This document shows positions 9,172-18,684 of a stretch of 64,000 nucleotides of DNA, piece by piece. The stretch is from positions 1 to 64,000 of IMG/VR virus record IMGVR_UViG_3300012344_000011, one strand, 5' to 3'. Both the position numbers and the translations under genes were made by a program. The notes under the pieces were generated by a model that was not told where the DNA came from, did not search any database, and saw only the letters and a list, made by a program, of their open reading frames with translations. The number at the start of each line of letters is the position of its first letter. The stretch's first letter is position 1. This DNA comes from a virus (lineage: Duplodnaviria; Caudoviricetes).

Positions 9172-9477
9172 TTATTTATACATATTCAAATACATCTGCG
9201 CTTCTTCAGCTTTCTCTATAAACTTTCTATGCTGTGACTCCCATTTATCCAACATCTTTTGCGGGTAATTTTTTCCTTGTTGTTTGATTTCTTCTACTAA
9301 TTTGACAACTGATTCGTGAAGTAATTGATAATGTCCATATTCAGCTTGTGCCATTTGGTAAAAATTCTTTGATAAAGCAGCTCTGGTATATTGATATTCA
9401 AGTGCGTCTTTGGCATATTCAATACAACCATCTAATTCATCTTCCATATAATCAGCCATCTTCTTAATAATTCTCAT
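9172..9477 (-). CDS. Ferritin-like four-helix hypothetical protein
   Basis: EDELDG...Y...MAQAEYGHY pattern; part of a recurrent gut phage/plasmid gene cluster. Confidence 0.55.
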   Translation of the reverse strand: MRIIKKMADYMEDELDGCIEYAKDALEYQYTRAALSKNFYQMAQAEYGHYQLLHESVVKLVEEIKQQGKNYPQKMLDKWESQHRKFIEKAEEAQMYLNMYK

Positions 9478-9887
9478 TATTCTATCTTTTCTATAATAAC
9501 AGTAGCATTGCTAAAAGATGTTGCTTCGTTTGATTGAAAAGTGATTGTAGCATATGTATTTTTATTACAAGTCTGTTTCACTGTTGTTAGTCCAACTAAA
9601 GAAAGTGGCATTAGATTGCCAGAGGCAGTAGGCGTCGCGCCAGATGCGGCGCCAGGTACGGCTGTACCATTTTCATACATTGTTACTGTTACTGGATTCG
9701 TTCCAGTAGCAACGCCCAAGAGGCTAGCATAAATTGCATAAGTACCAGGTTTTTTGGTTTGTATACCACCTAAATTATCATATCCAAGAGCACAGTTACT
9801 AAAAGTATTGTTAGCAAACAATATATTAGCGTTTGCGGCAACTGTTTGAGTACCATTGTTTACATATCTCGCTATAGTCGTTTTCAT
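9477..9887 (-). CDS. Beta-sandwich (BclA C-terminal-like) hypothetical protein
   Basis: QTVAANANILF...GIQTKKPGTYAI...YENGTAVPGA pattern. Confidence 0.55.
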   Translation of the reverse strand: MKTTIARYVNNGTQTVAANANILFANNTFSNCALGYDNLGGIQTKKPGTYAIYASLLGVATGTNPVTVTMYENGTAVPGAASGATPTASGNLMPLSLVGLTTVKQTCNKNTYATITFQSNEATSFSNATVIIEKIE

Positions 9888-9901
9888 TGGTGTCCACCTT
9901 T

Positions 9902-10326
9902 CTAGAAGGTTGTTCCACCACAGCACTGATTACCGTAGATCGGACCAACACCAGCAGTATAAGTTGTAGCAACTGAATAACGGATTACGCCGCACATAGC
10001 TGCATTGAGTTGTAGCTGTTGGATTTGAGCTGCCTGGTTAGCAATTTGCTGTTGAAGTTGAGCTTTTTCAAAAGCTGCAAACTTTGAATCAATATTAGAA
10101 TTGATAGCTGCTGTGTTGATAGCACCTTCATACTTGATACCATCAATTGCACGCTGTGTGCCGCAGAAATTTTTGCCATTCCAGAAGCATCAGTTTCTTT
10201 TATATAAAATCTGTCGCAATTACTATCCATAAGCAATACTCTAGAATTAGGATACATAAAATATTGTTCAGCGGAAGAGCGTCCATTTACAATTTTTAGA
10301 TCGTCTCTTTGAAATGGGATATACAT
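9902..10326 (-). pseudogene. Out-of-frame chimera of two cluster genes (probable internal deletion near 10170)
   Basis: 5' part encodes VNGRSSAEQYFMYPNSRVLLMDS...YIKETDASG; a different frame 10168-9902 encodes FCGTQRAIDGIKYEG...QLQLNAAMCGVIRY...QCCGGTTF with no start of its own. Confidence 0.55.
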
Positions 10327-10474
10327 CTTTCCTCCTTTCATCTTTCATTTATATATCATTTTTAGCAGCTGATGTTTTTAGCTAAAAATTTCAATATAAC
10401 AATTTTATGAGGTTTCTGTTTTGGCATAAAAAAAGAGACCTCTACTAGAGAGATCTCTGTAAGAAAGAGTTTTT

Positions 10475-11065
10475 TTACTTAGTTACGTCTGTTACACCGA
10501 CTTTTACAACTTCAAAAGTAGCGTCTTTGAATACATCACACTTCTCTTGGGTAAAAGCCATGAAATTGCGGTCATCAACAGCCGTCTTGTCAGGACCAAG
10601 GTCATTGACATAGACATAGCTTTGCTCAATTCGATTGCCGTCTTTACCAATAGCATCAACTGTAATACTATAAGATTGAACCTTATTAGAAATATTCGTT
10701 ACTACAACTGGTAAATAGCCTTCTTGATGATAGTCCTTCTCTTCAATTACATAATCTTCAAATGTAACATTCACATCATTTTGAAGAACTTGTTCTGTTT
10801 GCTTGCCAGTAGTCCTATCTAACGATTCAGATGCGGCATCTAACACAGCGCCAACATAAGCTTGAACCGCAAGAGTAACAATAACGCTTGCCACACAAAG
10901 AACAATACCAGCAATAGCTGCTCCACGGTTACCGATACCCTTTTTGATTGCAACAATACCAAGAACAAAGCCAACAACCGCAAGAATAGGAACAATATTA
11001 TTCACAACTAAAATAAAAGAAAGCACACAACCAACAATACCTAAAACTAAACTAGCTACGCTCAT
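10475..11065 (-). CDS. Membrane protein (DUF4190-like TM region plus extracellular FxLYD-like domain)
   Basis: VASLVLGIVG...GAAIAGIVL TM pattern then beta-rich domain. Confidence 0.65.
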   Translation of the reverse strand: MSVASLVLGIVGCVLSFILVVNNIVPILAVVGFVLGIVAIKKGIGNRGAAIAGIVLCVASVIVTLAVQAYVGAVLDAASESLDRTTGKQTEQVLQNDVNVTFEDYVIEEKDYHQEGYLPVVVTNISNKVQSYSITVDAIGKDGNRIEQSYVYVNDLGPDKTAVDDRNFMAFTQEKCDVFKDATFEVVKVGVTDVTK

Positions 11066-11082
11066 ATAGTCCTCTTTCTACT

Positions 11083-11751
11083 TTACATAATTTCATATCT
11101 ATATCCTCTACCTTTGACGGTAGTAATTTTCTCTTTACCGATCTTTTGCCGCAAACGATTCATGTTTGTAGAAACAATTGCGGTGCTACCATCATCCCAG
11201 CCCCAAATAGATTCTAACAATTCTCTTGTGCTAATTTCTTCACCAGCCTTTGTCATTAAGACTTTTAGAAGTTTTAGTTCTGTTGGAGTCAAAGATAATA
11301 AATTGCCCGCATCATCAAAAGCTTGATTTTTTCTTCTGTCAAATAAAATTCCATTGATCTTAACAACTTTGCTTGGAACTTGCGTTTGATATTTCTTTAT
11401 AAGACAAACACATCTTATAACAAATTCTCTTAGACGTAAAGGAATTTTTAACATTTCGTCTGTACCAGCAGTTAGACCTCTAATAACATCAGCTTCTTCA
11501 TATTCTTTAGAGATCATGATAATCGGAGTGTTTACACGTTGCCGCAAATATTCTGTAAAAATATAACCATTATACCCTTCCAAGAGAGTGTCAATAACAA
11601 ACAGTGTATAGTCAGCATATTTATTATTGTTCTCACACTCTGCGGAAGAAGTATAAACATCGACTATCAAGCCTTCTTCTTCAAGAGCTTCTTTGATAGT
11701 CTTTTGATGAGCTTCGTCTATAGTCAATAAAGCGACTTTAATCACTTTCAT
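11083..11751 (-). CDS. OmpR/PhoB-family response regulator (orphan)
   Basis: Receiver (VID..L.G.NG, PIIMIS, GL.AG.D) plus winged helix (LTPTELKLL, RELLESIWG, RLRQKI, TVKGRGY). Confidence 0.9.
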   Translation of the reverse strand: MKVIKVALLTIDEAHQKTIKEALEEEGLIVDVYTSSAECENNNKYADYTLFVIDTLLEGYNGYIFTEYLRQRVNTPIIMISKEYEEADVIRGLTAGTDEMLKIPLRLREFVIRCVCLIKKYQTQVPSKVVKINGILFDRRKNQAFDDAGNLLSLTPTELKLLKVLMTKAGEEISTRELLESIWGWDDGSTAIVSTNMNRLRQKIGKEKITTVKGRGYRYEIM

Positions 11752-11944
11752 TTGACTCATCGTTATCATTAATATCAGGTTGCGGCGCAGCCAGTTCGGT
11801 TAGAAAACATCCCTGAAAAATGGCGATAGGACGTCCTAGTTTTTCAGCTTCATTATATGCTTCAACAAAGTCTGGTTTTACACCAATAATCTGCATGGAG
11901 GATCGATCAACAATATAATAATTATAAACCATATTACTTACCAT
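11738..11944 (-). CDS. Hypothetical protein
   Basis: ORF overlapping neighbours in operon. Confidence 0.6.
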   Translation of the reverse strand: MVSNMVYNYYIVDRSSMQIIGVKPDFVEAYNEAEKLGRPIAIFQGCFLTELAAPQPDINDNDESNESD

Positions 11945-12464
11945 ACCATTCTAGAATTTTATCTACACCAAGATCTGCTTCGTGTTCACTTAGTTGTTTA
12001 TAAAAAGCAGTCCAATCAACCTTTTTCTTTCCATCTAACCATATTTGAAGAATCGCTTCTGCAACGCGATCAGAGTGGTCACGTAATTCAGGCATGTCCA
12101 GTAGTTCTGCAGCCAAATAACTTACACCAGGATATTTCTTTGGCTCTTCAACTTTTTTCAATACATCTTGATATACTTTTTCCCAGGTGTCTTGAGGATT
12201 AAGCTTTGTCTTCTCTTTGTTTTTATTTACCTTGAACTTTTCTGTAACAATGAAATCCTTCTGAATATCATTAACAGCTTTTTGCATATAAATTTGCTTT
12301 ACGCAATCCATAAAATTAGATAGTAAATCTGCTCCGTGAGTGTAACCAGTACTCTCTTTACCATCTTTGAAAGCTGTCAACTGGACATCATATGTTGAGT
12401 CTTGCATTGGAACAATTGTGCAATTGATTTTATCAAATTCACTAAACAACATCTTTGTTCTCAC
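11934..12464 (-). CDS. Hypothetical protein
   Basis: 176-aa ORF in operon. Confidence 0.65.
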   Translation of the reverse strand: MRTKMLFSEFDKINCTIVPMQDSTYDVQLTAFKDGKESTGYTHGADLLSNFMDCVKQIYMQKAVNDIQKDFIVTEKFKVNKNKEKTKLNPQDTWEKVYQDVLKKVEEPKKYPGVSYLAAELLDMPELRDHSDRVAEAILQIWLDGKKKVDWTAFYKQLSEHEADLGVDKILEWYGK

Positions 12465-13338
12465 TTTCTTCTAATAATTTCATCAAATCTTCTTTTAGGG
12501 GTAAGCCAGTCTTAGCTTCTCTCTTATAAGCAATTCCATTCTGAAAATTATATTCAGAAAATTCATATAGTCTTTCGCATTTATGACAACTGGACATAGC
12601 TCTTGCGCGACAAGCTAAGCCGCAAGAAGAACGATAATCTGCTAGTTCGGGAGGAACACACGGTGACATAATCGGGAAAGAAACATCTCTATTAATGAAC
12701 TTTAGATCGCCTCTCCAGTACTGTTCTATAAACCAGCTTTTGTATTGTTGTTTATTGATTTCCCAGTCATAAGAAATATCTTCGTTTTTACAATCAAATT
12801 CTCCAACAGAGAAGAATTGCTTTAGAATCCACATGTCTTGCGGTCGATAGATAGGCGCTCTCTTATTTTTATAGACAAAAGGTGTTGAAGTTGGAATTCT
12901 ATTTAGAACAATTCGCAGTTCAACCTTATTCTTCTTGCAAATCGCATCTATATTAGGTAAATTATAATGAAGATCGTCATAAATATACAGACCTTCTGCA
13001 CCTTGTTTGATAGCCCAATCCAAGAGAAGATAAGAGTTGATACAAAACGAAGAATCAAAAATAAAGGGAATCTCATTTGCTCTTAGCTCAGGCAAATTAT
13101 ATAATTCCCATGTTCCAACTCTGACTCTCAAATTAGGATTGATAACTGAGGCGATCTTTAGCTTATCAATATTCATAATACTCTCGCCCGCAAATTTGAC
13201 ATTAATTTTCTTCTCTCTTGGAACATCTGCCAAGAAAGCATTGAGCCTATCATAGTCATCATGCTTCATCACGATATTGTATTCATCTGGATCAATATCG
13301 TCTTCATATTTGTTTTTATATGGACACGCGAACTGCAT
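12442..13338 (-). CDS. Hypothetical protein, weakly peptidase-U32/TIM-barrel-like with C-terminal Cys cluster
   Basis: IYRPQDM, R.SCGLAC...CHKC. Confidence 0.5.
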   Translation of the reverse strand: MQFACPYKNKYEDDIDPDEYNIVMKHDDYDRLNAFLADVPREKKINVKFAGESIMNIDKLKIASVINPNLRVRVGTWELYNLPELRANEIPFIFDSSFCINSYLLLDWAIKQGAEGLYIYDDLHYNLPNIDAICKKNKVELRIVLNRIPTSTPFVYKNKRAPIYRPQDMWILKQFFSVGEFDCKNEDISYDWEINKQQYKSWFIEQYWRGDLKFINRDVSFPIMSPCVPPELADYRSSCGLACRARAMSSCHKCERLYEFSEYNFQNGIAYKREAKTGLPLKEDLMKLLEESENKDVV

Positions 13339-14821
13339 ATTTATTTAGCACCTCTCTTGTAATGGGAATATTCTTTCTAACCAAATTTTCAGGAGACATA
13401 TATTTCTCGCTGTAAACAAAACACTCTTCTTCTTTATTGAAAAGGAAGAAGTTTGTCAAACAATTCAAACAAACTTTCTTTTCAATTGGACGAGAGTAAT
13501 ACTTGTTGCGAACAGAAATTTTATATAAAACTTGAGAATGATCAACGTGTTTACAACTAGTGCAGCCATATTTTTGATAGCAATCATAGCAGTACTTGAC
13601 AGAAGATTCAATTTCATCTTCATATCCTGGTTCTGTGCAAATACGCTTGCCACAAGACATACACGTTGCTTGGCCCGACAGATTCAAGTAAAGACTTTTC
13701 TTTACATAGTTGCGGCAACACCAGTAAGGGGTATCATGATCATAAATCATATCATTATACATGACATTCATATAACAGAAAATCTTATGATAGCGTTCTC
13801 TGCCCCATCTGTTCAGGTCATGTTTTACATAGCTATTCTCTCTAGAACGAATCAAGTCTTTATATAGCTGCATCTTATATTGATACTTCCAACTAATGTT
13901 CGCTCTAATAATTGGCTGAATGTTAGATAGAGCCAACTTAGCCAAATTGGCATTTTGATAAGGGTAATGTTTACCAACAAGAAGAATGTCTTTATGAATA
14001 AACATTAGTGTACGCCAATTCTTGTTTGGAATATAGTGTCCATTGAATGTAAATTTAGTTCTTGAGCTTTCAGTGTAAACAACAACTGCTACATTACTAT
14101 TCATCATTTCAATAGTACCAGTTGAATATCCACCATTTTTGCGCCAATTCATACAAGACCGCCAATGACATTCATTGTCACTCATTGTCATAAAATCAAT
14201 GGGATGAATACTAAAAGTCAAATTTGTCTTTACTTTTTTGCTCGTTAGAATAACACTAACTTCATCTCTCCAGTCGATAAACAAATCAAAACTAGAATAA
14301 CCATAATATTCAAGAACTTTTCTTACTGCTTTCATTATCTTAGTACCTTTTGGAATAGTAAGAGAAGGTCTTTTTTCATTATTTAGATTCGTGAAAGTAT
14401 AACTTTCATAAACTGAGCCTGAAGCGACTTGTTTTTTATACAAAAGATGCAAGAAATTTCTGCTATCTTCAAAGGAGATATTATCTTTGATATACTCTCC
14501 TCGAAGCCATCTTGTCACGCTGTCAATGAAAATGTTTCCATAGCTAGGAACAGATTCATTTAAGTAACTTAGGACGCAATGAATAGAAGGATCTTGATAG
14601 CTTTTATCAAGCTTTGCGGTGAGGGTTCTTTGTCCCACAGTATATTCAACTGGAACTGAAACTCTCAGTTGATTACCAAAAATTTTTAGGAGTCGTTTTT
14701 TATTTTTATTCCATTCAGCAAGAATAGCTTCTATAGACATTGGATTTGCTCCGCTATAGCTGCGAACATATTGACAAATCAAATCTTTATCTTCTTCTGT
14801 AAGCAAATCAAATGGTTTCAA
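13316..14821 (-). CDS. Conserved-looking phage hypothetical protein with C-terminal Zn-finger motifs
   Basis: SIHPIDFMTMSDN..WRSCM motif; several CxxC. Confidence 0.7.
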   Translation of the reverse strand: MKPFDLLTEEDKDLICQYVRSYSGANPMSIEAILAEWNKNKKRLLKIFGNQLRVSVPVEYTVGQRTLTAKLDKSYQDPSIHCVLSYLNESVPSYGNIFIDSVTRWLRGEYIKDNISFEDSRNFLHLLYKKQVASGSVYESYTFTNLNNEKRPSLTIPKGTKIMKAVRKVLEYYGYSSFDLFIDWRDEVSVILTSKKVKTNLTFSIHPIDFMTMSDNECHWRSCMNWRKNGGYSTGTIEMMNSNVAVVVYTESSRTKFTFNGHYIPNKNWRTLMFIHKDILLVGKHYPYQNANLAKLALSNIQPIIRANISWKYQYKMQLYKDLIRSRENSYVKHDLNRWGRERYHKIFCYMNVMYNDMIYDHDTPYWCCRNYVKKSLYLNLSGQATCMSCGKRICTEPGYEDEIESSVKYCYDCYQKYGCTSCKHVDHSQVLYKISVRNKYYSRPIEKKVCLNCLTNFFLFNKEEECFVYSEKYMSPENLVRKNIPITREVLNKYAVRVSI

Positions 14822-14830
14822 GATAATCTC

Positions 14831-15052
14831 CTAATAAATATCAATTTCGTCTAATGTATCTTTCAAATAGTTGGGTAAACTTGAATAATCAATATAATTG
14901 TCTCTCAAGAAACGATCAACTTCATATCGAGGAATAGAATCATATTTATGACTATCTACAAAATTATTGATAACTGAAGCGTGATCATTTTCTTTCCAAC
15001 TTAGATAGCTAAAAACATCGTCAATCATTTCGTTTTCCTTTGATAAAATCAT
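14831..15052 (-). CDS. Hypothetical protein
   Basis: 73-aa ORF. Confidence 0.55.
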   Translation of the reverse strand: MILSKENEMIDDVFSYLSWKENDHASVINNFVDSHKYDSIPRYEVDRFLRDNYIDYSSLPNYLKDTLDEIDIY

Positions 15053-15354
15053 TATATCATATTTTTTTCACTATTGTCAATCAATTGTTTTGGCACAAAG
15101 CCATCACCATTTTTTTTTACTATCTTACTTTTATATACTTTATCTAATACTTGCATTACTTGTTCATAATATTTATCTCTTTTACAAAAATCTCATACTT
15201 CATTTATAAAATGATAATATTGTATATATAAATCTTCTGAGACTTCTCTAACACACCCTTGTTTTTTTGATGAAAGGATAAATTCTCCAATGCGGCATTG
15301 TATATTATCGCATTTAGAACATTCAAGGGTTATCTTATAAGAATTATTACTCAT
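15052..15354 (-). CDS. Hypothetical protein (100 aa) with in-frame TGA (15193-15195)
   Basis: MSNNSYKITLECSKC...NEV(TGA)DFCKR...; fills the gap exactly, TAATG overlap with next gene. Confidence 0.55.
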
Positions 15355-15584
15355 GCTTTTCTAATCTCCAACAGTACACAATCACCATGATCATTACGCC
15401 GCAAGTTTTCATTTGCTCGATCAATAACTGCTTGAGCTTCTTCCTTTGTATTATAACAAAAAGCATTAGTCAGTCGTGTTACTTGACTACCATACTTATT
15501 CAATGCTCTAAAATTCTTTTGCGGAGTATGCTTAACACCTGAAAAACTATACTCTTTGATGACTTTACCATAGATTCTATACAT
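15351..15584 (-). CDS. Hypothetical protein
   Basis: RBS, promoter TTGACA-18-TATAAT at 15640-15611; ends at TGA (7 more codons if read through). Confidence 0.65.
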   Translation of the reverse strand: MYRIYGKVIKEYSFSGVKHTPQKNFRALNKYGSQVTRLTNAFCYNTKEEAQAVIDRANENLRRNDHGDCVLLEIRKA

Positions 15585-15650
15585 TCTTATCCTTTCTCTT
15601 GGACAATTATATTATATCATAAAGTTTATGCTTCTGTCAAATAAAATATA

Positions 15651-15720
15651 AGGTTATAATTATGCTTAAGCATAATTATAACCTAAGCTAAAATAATATG
15701 CTTAAGCATATTATTTTAGC
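15651..15720. repeat. Two adjacent perfect 34-bp palindromes sharing core TATGCTTAAGCATA
   Basis: aggttataattatgcttaagcataattataacct (15651-15684) and gctaaaataatatgcttaagcatattattttagc (15687-15720). Confidence 0.95.
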
Positions 15721-15877
15721 AAGTCTCTATTTATAGTATAATTTTATTATTACTCTTTTATATACTAATTTATATTTTCAAAAATAAAAACCTCATAATA
15801 AATATATATTGGAGTGTATTATATCACAATCTGAAAATTTTGTCAAATTGAATTATTTCTCTACTGAAAAAATTTCT

Positions 15878-15907
15878 TTGACAATAATAATAAAGAAAGT
15901 GTATAAT
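15878..15907 (+). promoter_or_regulatory. sigma70/sigmaA-type promoter starting the plus-strand block
   Basis: TTGACA-18-TATAAT. Confidence 0.75.
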
Positions 15908-15938
15908 ATAATCAAATGAAAATGATGAAAGGATTTTT

Positions 15939-16139
15939 ATGGCAAACAAGTTTAGGGTATCTCAAAAGGGCAAAGTGTATGGTCACTATGCCGCGCATTC
16001 TTTTGATGAAGCAGTTCAAAAAGCAATTGAGCATTATAAGCCCTATGGTGGTGTTATTGAAGGTGAACCCTTTGAAGTAGAATGCGGTAATCTAAAGACA
16101 AAAATGTGTATTATTAAGGAGAATGTAAATGCGTTATAA
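15939..16139 (+). CDS. Hypothetical protein
   Basis: RBS GAAAGGA, ORF. Confidence 0.65.
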   Translation: MANKFRVSQKGKVYGHYAAHSFDEAVQKAIEHYKPYGGVIEGEPFEVECGNLKTKMCIIKENVNAL

Positions 16140-16668
16140 GGTAATTGATTCTACATGTGAATATCGACAGAGTGATGGTCGTCCTGTATATACTGTTACT
16201 ATTGCTTGCAAATATGGAACTTTTACTTCTACTTGTTGTGCTTGTGATGAAGATTTAGTTTATGGTAATGATGATTGTCCTATCAATCTTGAGCTGTCAA
16301 GTTACTATATTGCAGAATATAAGTGTGTTACGAAAGCACTGCAACGAAAAGCAAGGTATCTAGAGCAACGAGTTATTGGCATCAAAATGGCATATGATGC
16401 TTTAGCAGAATCATTCTCTATGCATCAACAGAATGATGATTATGTTCATTATGGTAAAACTAAATTTGACAATTTATTTGAACGCTCTTGCTATGCAGAT
16501 GGTTATGACACTGCTTTGTGTGATTTGTTGCGGCAATATGAATCAGCTTATAAGAACTATGATGATGCGCAAGACGAGTATATTCGTCATAAAGATGGAT
16601 TATATACTTTCGTGAATAAGATTCGCCTCAGAAATAAATTATTCTTAGAATATCTAAATAAAGAATAA
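16129..16668 (+). CDS. Hypothetical protein
   Basis: RBS AAGGAG, ORF. Confidence 0.65.
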   Translation: MRYKVIDSTCEYRQSDGRPVYTVTIACKYGTFTSTCCACDEDLVYGNDDCPINLELSSYYIAEYKCVTKALQRKARYLEQRVIGIKMAYDALAESFSMHQQNDDYVHYGKTKFDNLFERSCYADGYDTALCDLLRQYESAYKNYDDAQDEYIRHKDGLYTFVNKIRLRNKLFLEYLNKE

Positions 16669-16750
16669 ATGAAGTCACTGTTCCTTTATTATGAGAATCC
16701 GATAAGTTTTTTGCTTGTCGGATTCCTTTTTTATGTTATAATTATTTATA

Positions 16751-18676
16751 ATGAAGAAAGGAGAGTATGTAGTGGACAAAAATTTATACACAGATGATAG
16801 TATTCAGTCTCTTACTCCATTAGAGCATGTGCGATTACGTCCTGGTGTTTATGCTGGTGATACAAGTGATGCAACTCAATTGGCGACAGAGATTCTTGGT
16901 AATGCTGTCGATGAATATAATATTGGACATGGTAATAAGATTGTTATTGACATTAGAGATAATGGTGTTGTTACTATCCAAGACTATGGACAAGGTTTTC
17001 CTATCAATGTCATTAGAGAAGATGGGGAGACGGTTCTTCAAGCCTCTTTTGATGTAATGAACACTTCTGGTAAGTATACAGATGATGGTGTATATCAAGG
17101 TGTATCAATTGGTACTAATGGTATGGGCGGAAAACTTACTAACTTCCTTAGCAATTGGTTAGAAGTATTTTCTTGTAACGCGACCGGTAAGTATGAACAT
17201 ATTTTGTTTGAAGAAGGTGTCTTTTCTAAGCGTGAAACAGGCATTACTTCTGCTATGCCATCTGGCACAAAAGTAAGTTTCAAGCCAAGTAAAGACTTTT
17301 TTGATAATCCAAAAGTAAACGAAAGTAAGCTTCGCAATTTCTGTGAAGATATTACTTGTCTATGTCCTAATTTGGAAATTGTTTTTAATGGTGTTTCAAT
17401 CAAACATGAAAATGGTATTGAAGATTTACTTTCAAAGCATGTGGGAAAAAACGTTGAGATTGTTGATAATCCTTTTCTTTTACATAAAGTAGAGAATAAA
17501 CAAATAATTGATCTTGCAATGACCTATGTTTCTAAAGCAACATCTTCCATTATATCTTATGTCAATTGCGGCTTGACGCAAGCTGGACCACATTTGGTAA
17601 GTCTAAAAAGTGGACTAACTCGCACTTTGAATAAATGGGCAAAAGAGCAAGGTATCTTGAAAGAGAAAGATAAAAATCTTGACGGTAGCTCTTTACAAGA
17701 AGGACTTATTCTTGTTTGTAATATTACTGCTGAAAATGTAGCATATGATGCACAAGTAAAAAGTACTGTTACAAAAATTGATACAGCTTTTATCAATTCA
17801 AATTTCACTTCTGCTCTAGAAGTTTGGCTTGACAACAATCCAATAGATGCAAAGAATATTATTGAGAAGGCGCTCATTGCTAGAAAAGCTTCTGAAGCTG
17901 CAAAGAAAGCTAGAGAACGTGTAAAAGCTAGTGCAGATACAAAGAAAACAAATAAAATTCAAATTATGCCGTCTAAGCTTGCGGACTGTAGCAGTAAAAA
18001 GCGAGAAGAATGTGAACTATATGTTACAGAAGGTGACTCTGCATCTGGTGGTGCTAAAACAATTCGTAATGCTATGACTCAAGCTGTTATGGGTCTGCGC
18101 GGCAAGTGCTTGAATTGCTTGACCGCAAAACCAGAGTCTATCTTGAAGAATGCAGAAGTTGTAGATATTCTAAAAGCACTTGGTGTTGGATATGAGATTA
18201 CACCTGATGGAAAGAGTCTAAAAGTTTCTTATGATAAAAAGAAGCTTCGATATGGCAAATTTATTATCGCAGCTGATCGCGATAGTGACGGTAGTCACAT
18301 TCAGTCTTTGGTTTTGACAATGTTATGGACACTTGTTCCAGACTTGATCATTGATGGCTATGTATACATTGCACAACCTCCTCTGTATAAGGCTGAATGG
18401 GGAACAAATTACAAATACCTGTCTGATAAGAAAGAATTGGAAGTTTTTAAGAAAGAACATTCTGGCAACTTTACTCTAACGTATTTTAAAGGTCTTGGTG
18501 AAGCGAGTCCTGAAGAATTAGGGTGGATGATCATGGATCCTGCTACACGCCAAATTAGAAAAGTAGAAGTTGCAGACATTGGAATGGCTGAAACGACTTT
18601 TCAAAATTTAATGGGAGCAGACTCTAGTCCTAAAAAAGAGTTTGTCTTTGGAAATGAAATAAAAGAAATTATGTAA
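16751..18676 (+). CDS. Type IIA topoisomerase subunit B (GyrB/ParE-like)
   Basis: LEHVRLRPG, GNAVDE, DYGQG, TEGDSASG, GLRGK.LN, DRDSDGSHI, PPLY, FKGLGE. Confidence 0.95.
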   Translation: MKKGEYVVDKNLYTDDSIQSLTPLEHVRLRPGVYAGDTSDATQLATEILGNAVDEYNIGHGNKIVIDIRDNGVVTIQDYGQGFPINVIREDGETVLQASFDVMNTSGKYTDDGVYQGVSIGTNGMGGKLTNFLSNWLEVFSCNATGKYEHILFEEGVFSKRETGITSAMPSGTKVSFKPSKDFFDNPKVNESKLRNFCEDITCLCPNLEIVFNGVSIKHENGIEDLLSKHVGKNVEIVDNPFLLHKVENKQIIDLAMTYVSKATSSIISYVNCGLTQAGPHLVSLKSGLTRTLNKWAKEQGILKEKDKNLDGSSLQEGLILVCNITAENVAYDAQVKSTVTKIDTAFINSNFTSALEVWLDNNPIDAKNIIEKALIARKASEAAKKARERVKASADTKKTNKIQIMPSKLADCSSKKREECELYVTEGDSASGGAKTIRNAMTQAVMGLRGKCLNCLTAKPESILKNAEVVDILKALGVGYEITPDGKSLKVSYDKKKLRYGKFIIAADRDSDGSHIQSLVLTMLWTLVPDLIIDGYVYIAQPPLYKAEWGTNYKYLSDKKELEVFKKEHSGNFTLTYFKGLGEASPEELGWMIMDPATRQIRKVEVADIGMAETTFQNLMGADSSPKKEFVFGNEIKEIM

Positions 18677-18684
18677 GGAGTAGT

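Noticed and set aside
10160-10180. Programmed frameshift joining the two frames
   Set aside because: No canonical slippery heptamer or stimulatory structure; deletion is simpler
15651-15720. CRISPR mini-array
   Set aside because: Only two units, 2-bp gap, no spacers; no CRISPR array or cas gene seen anywhere in window
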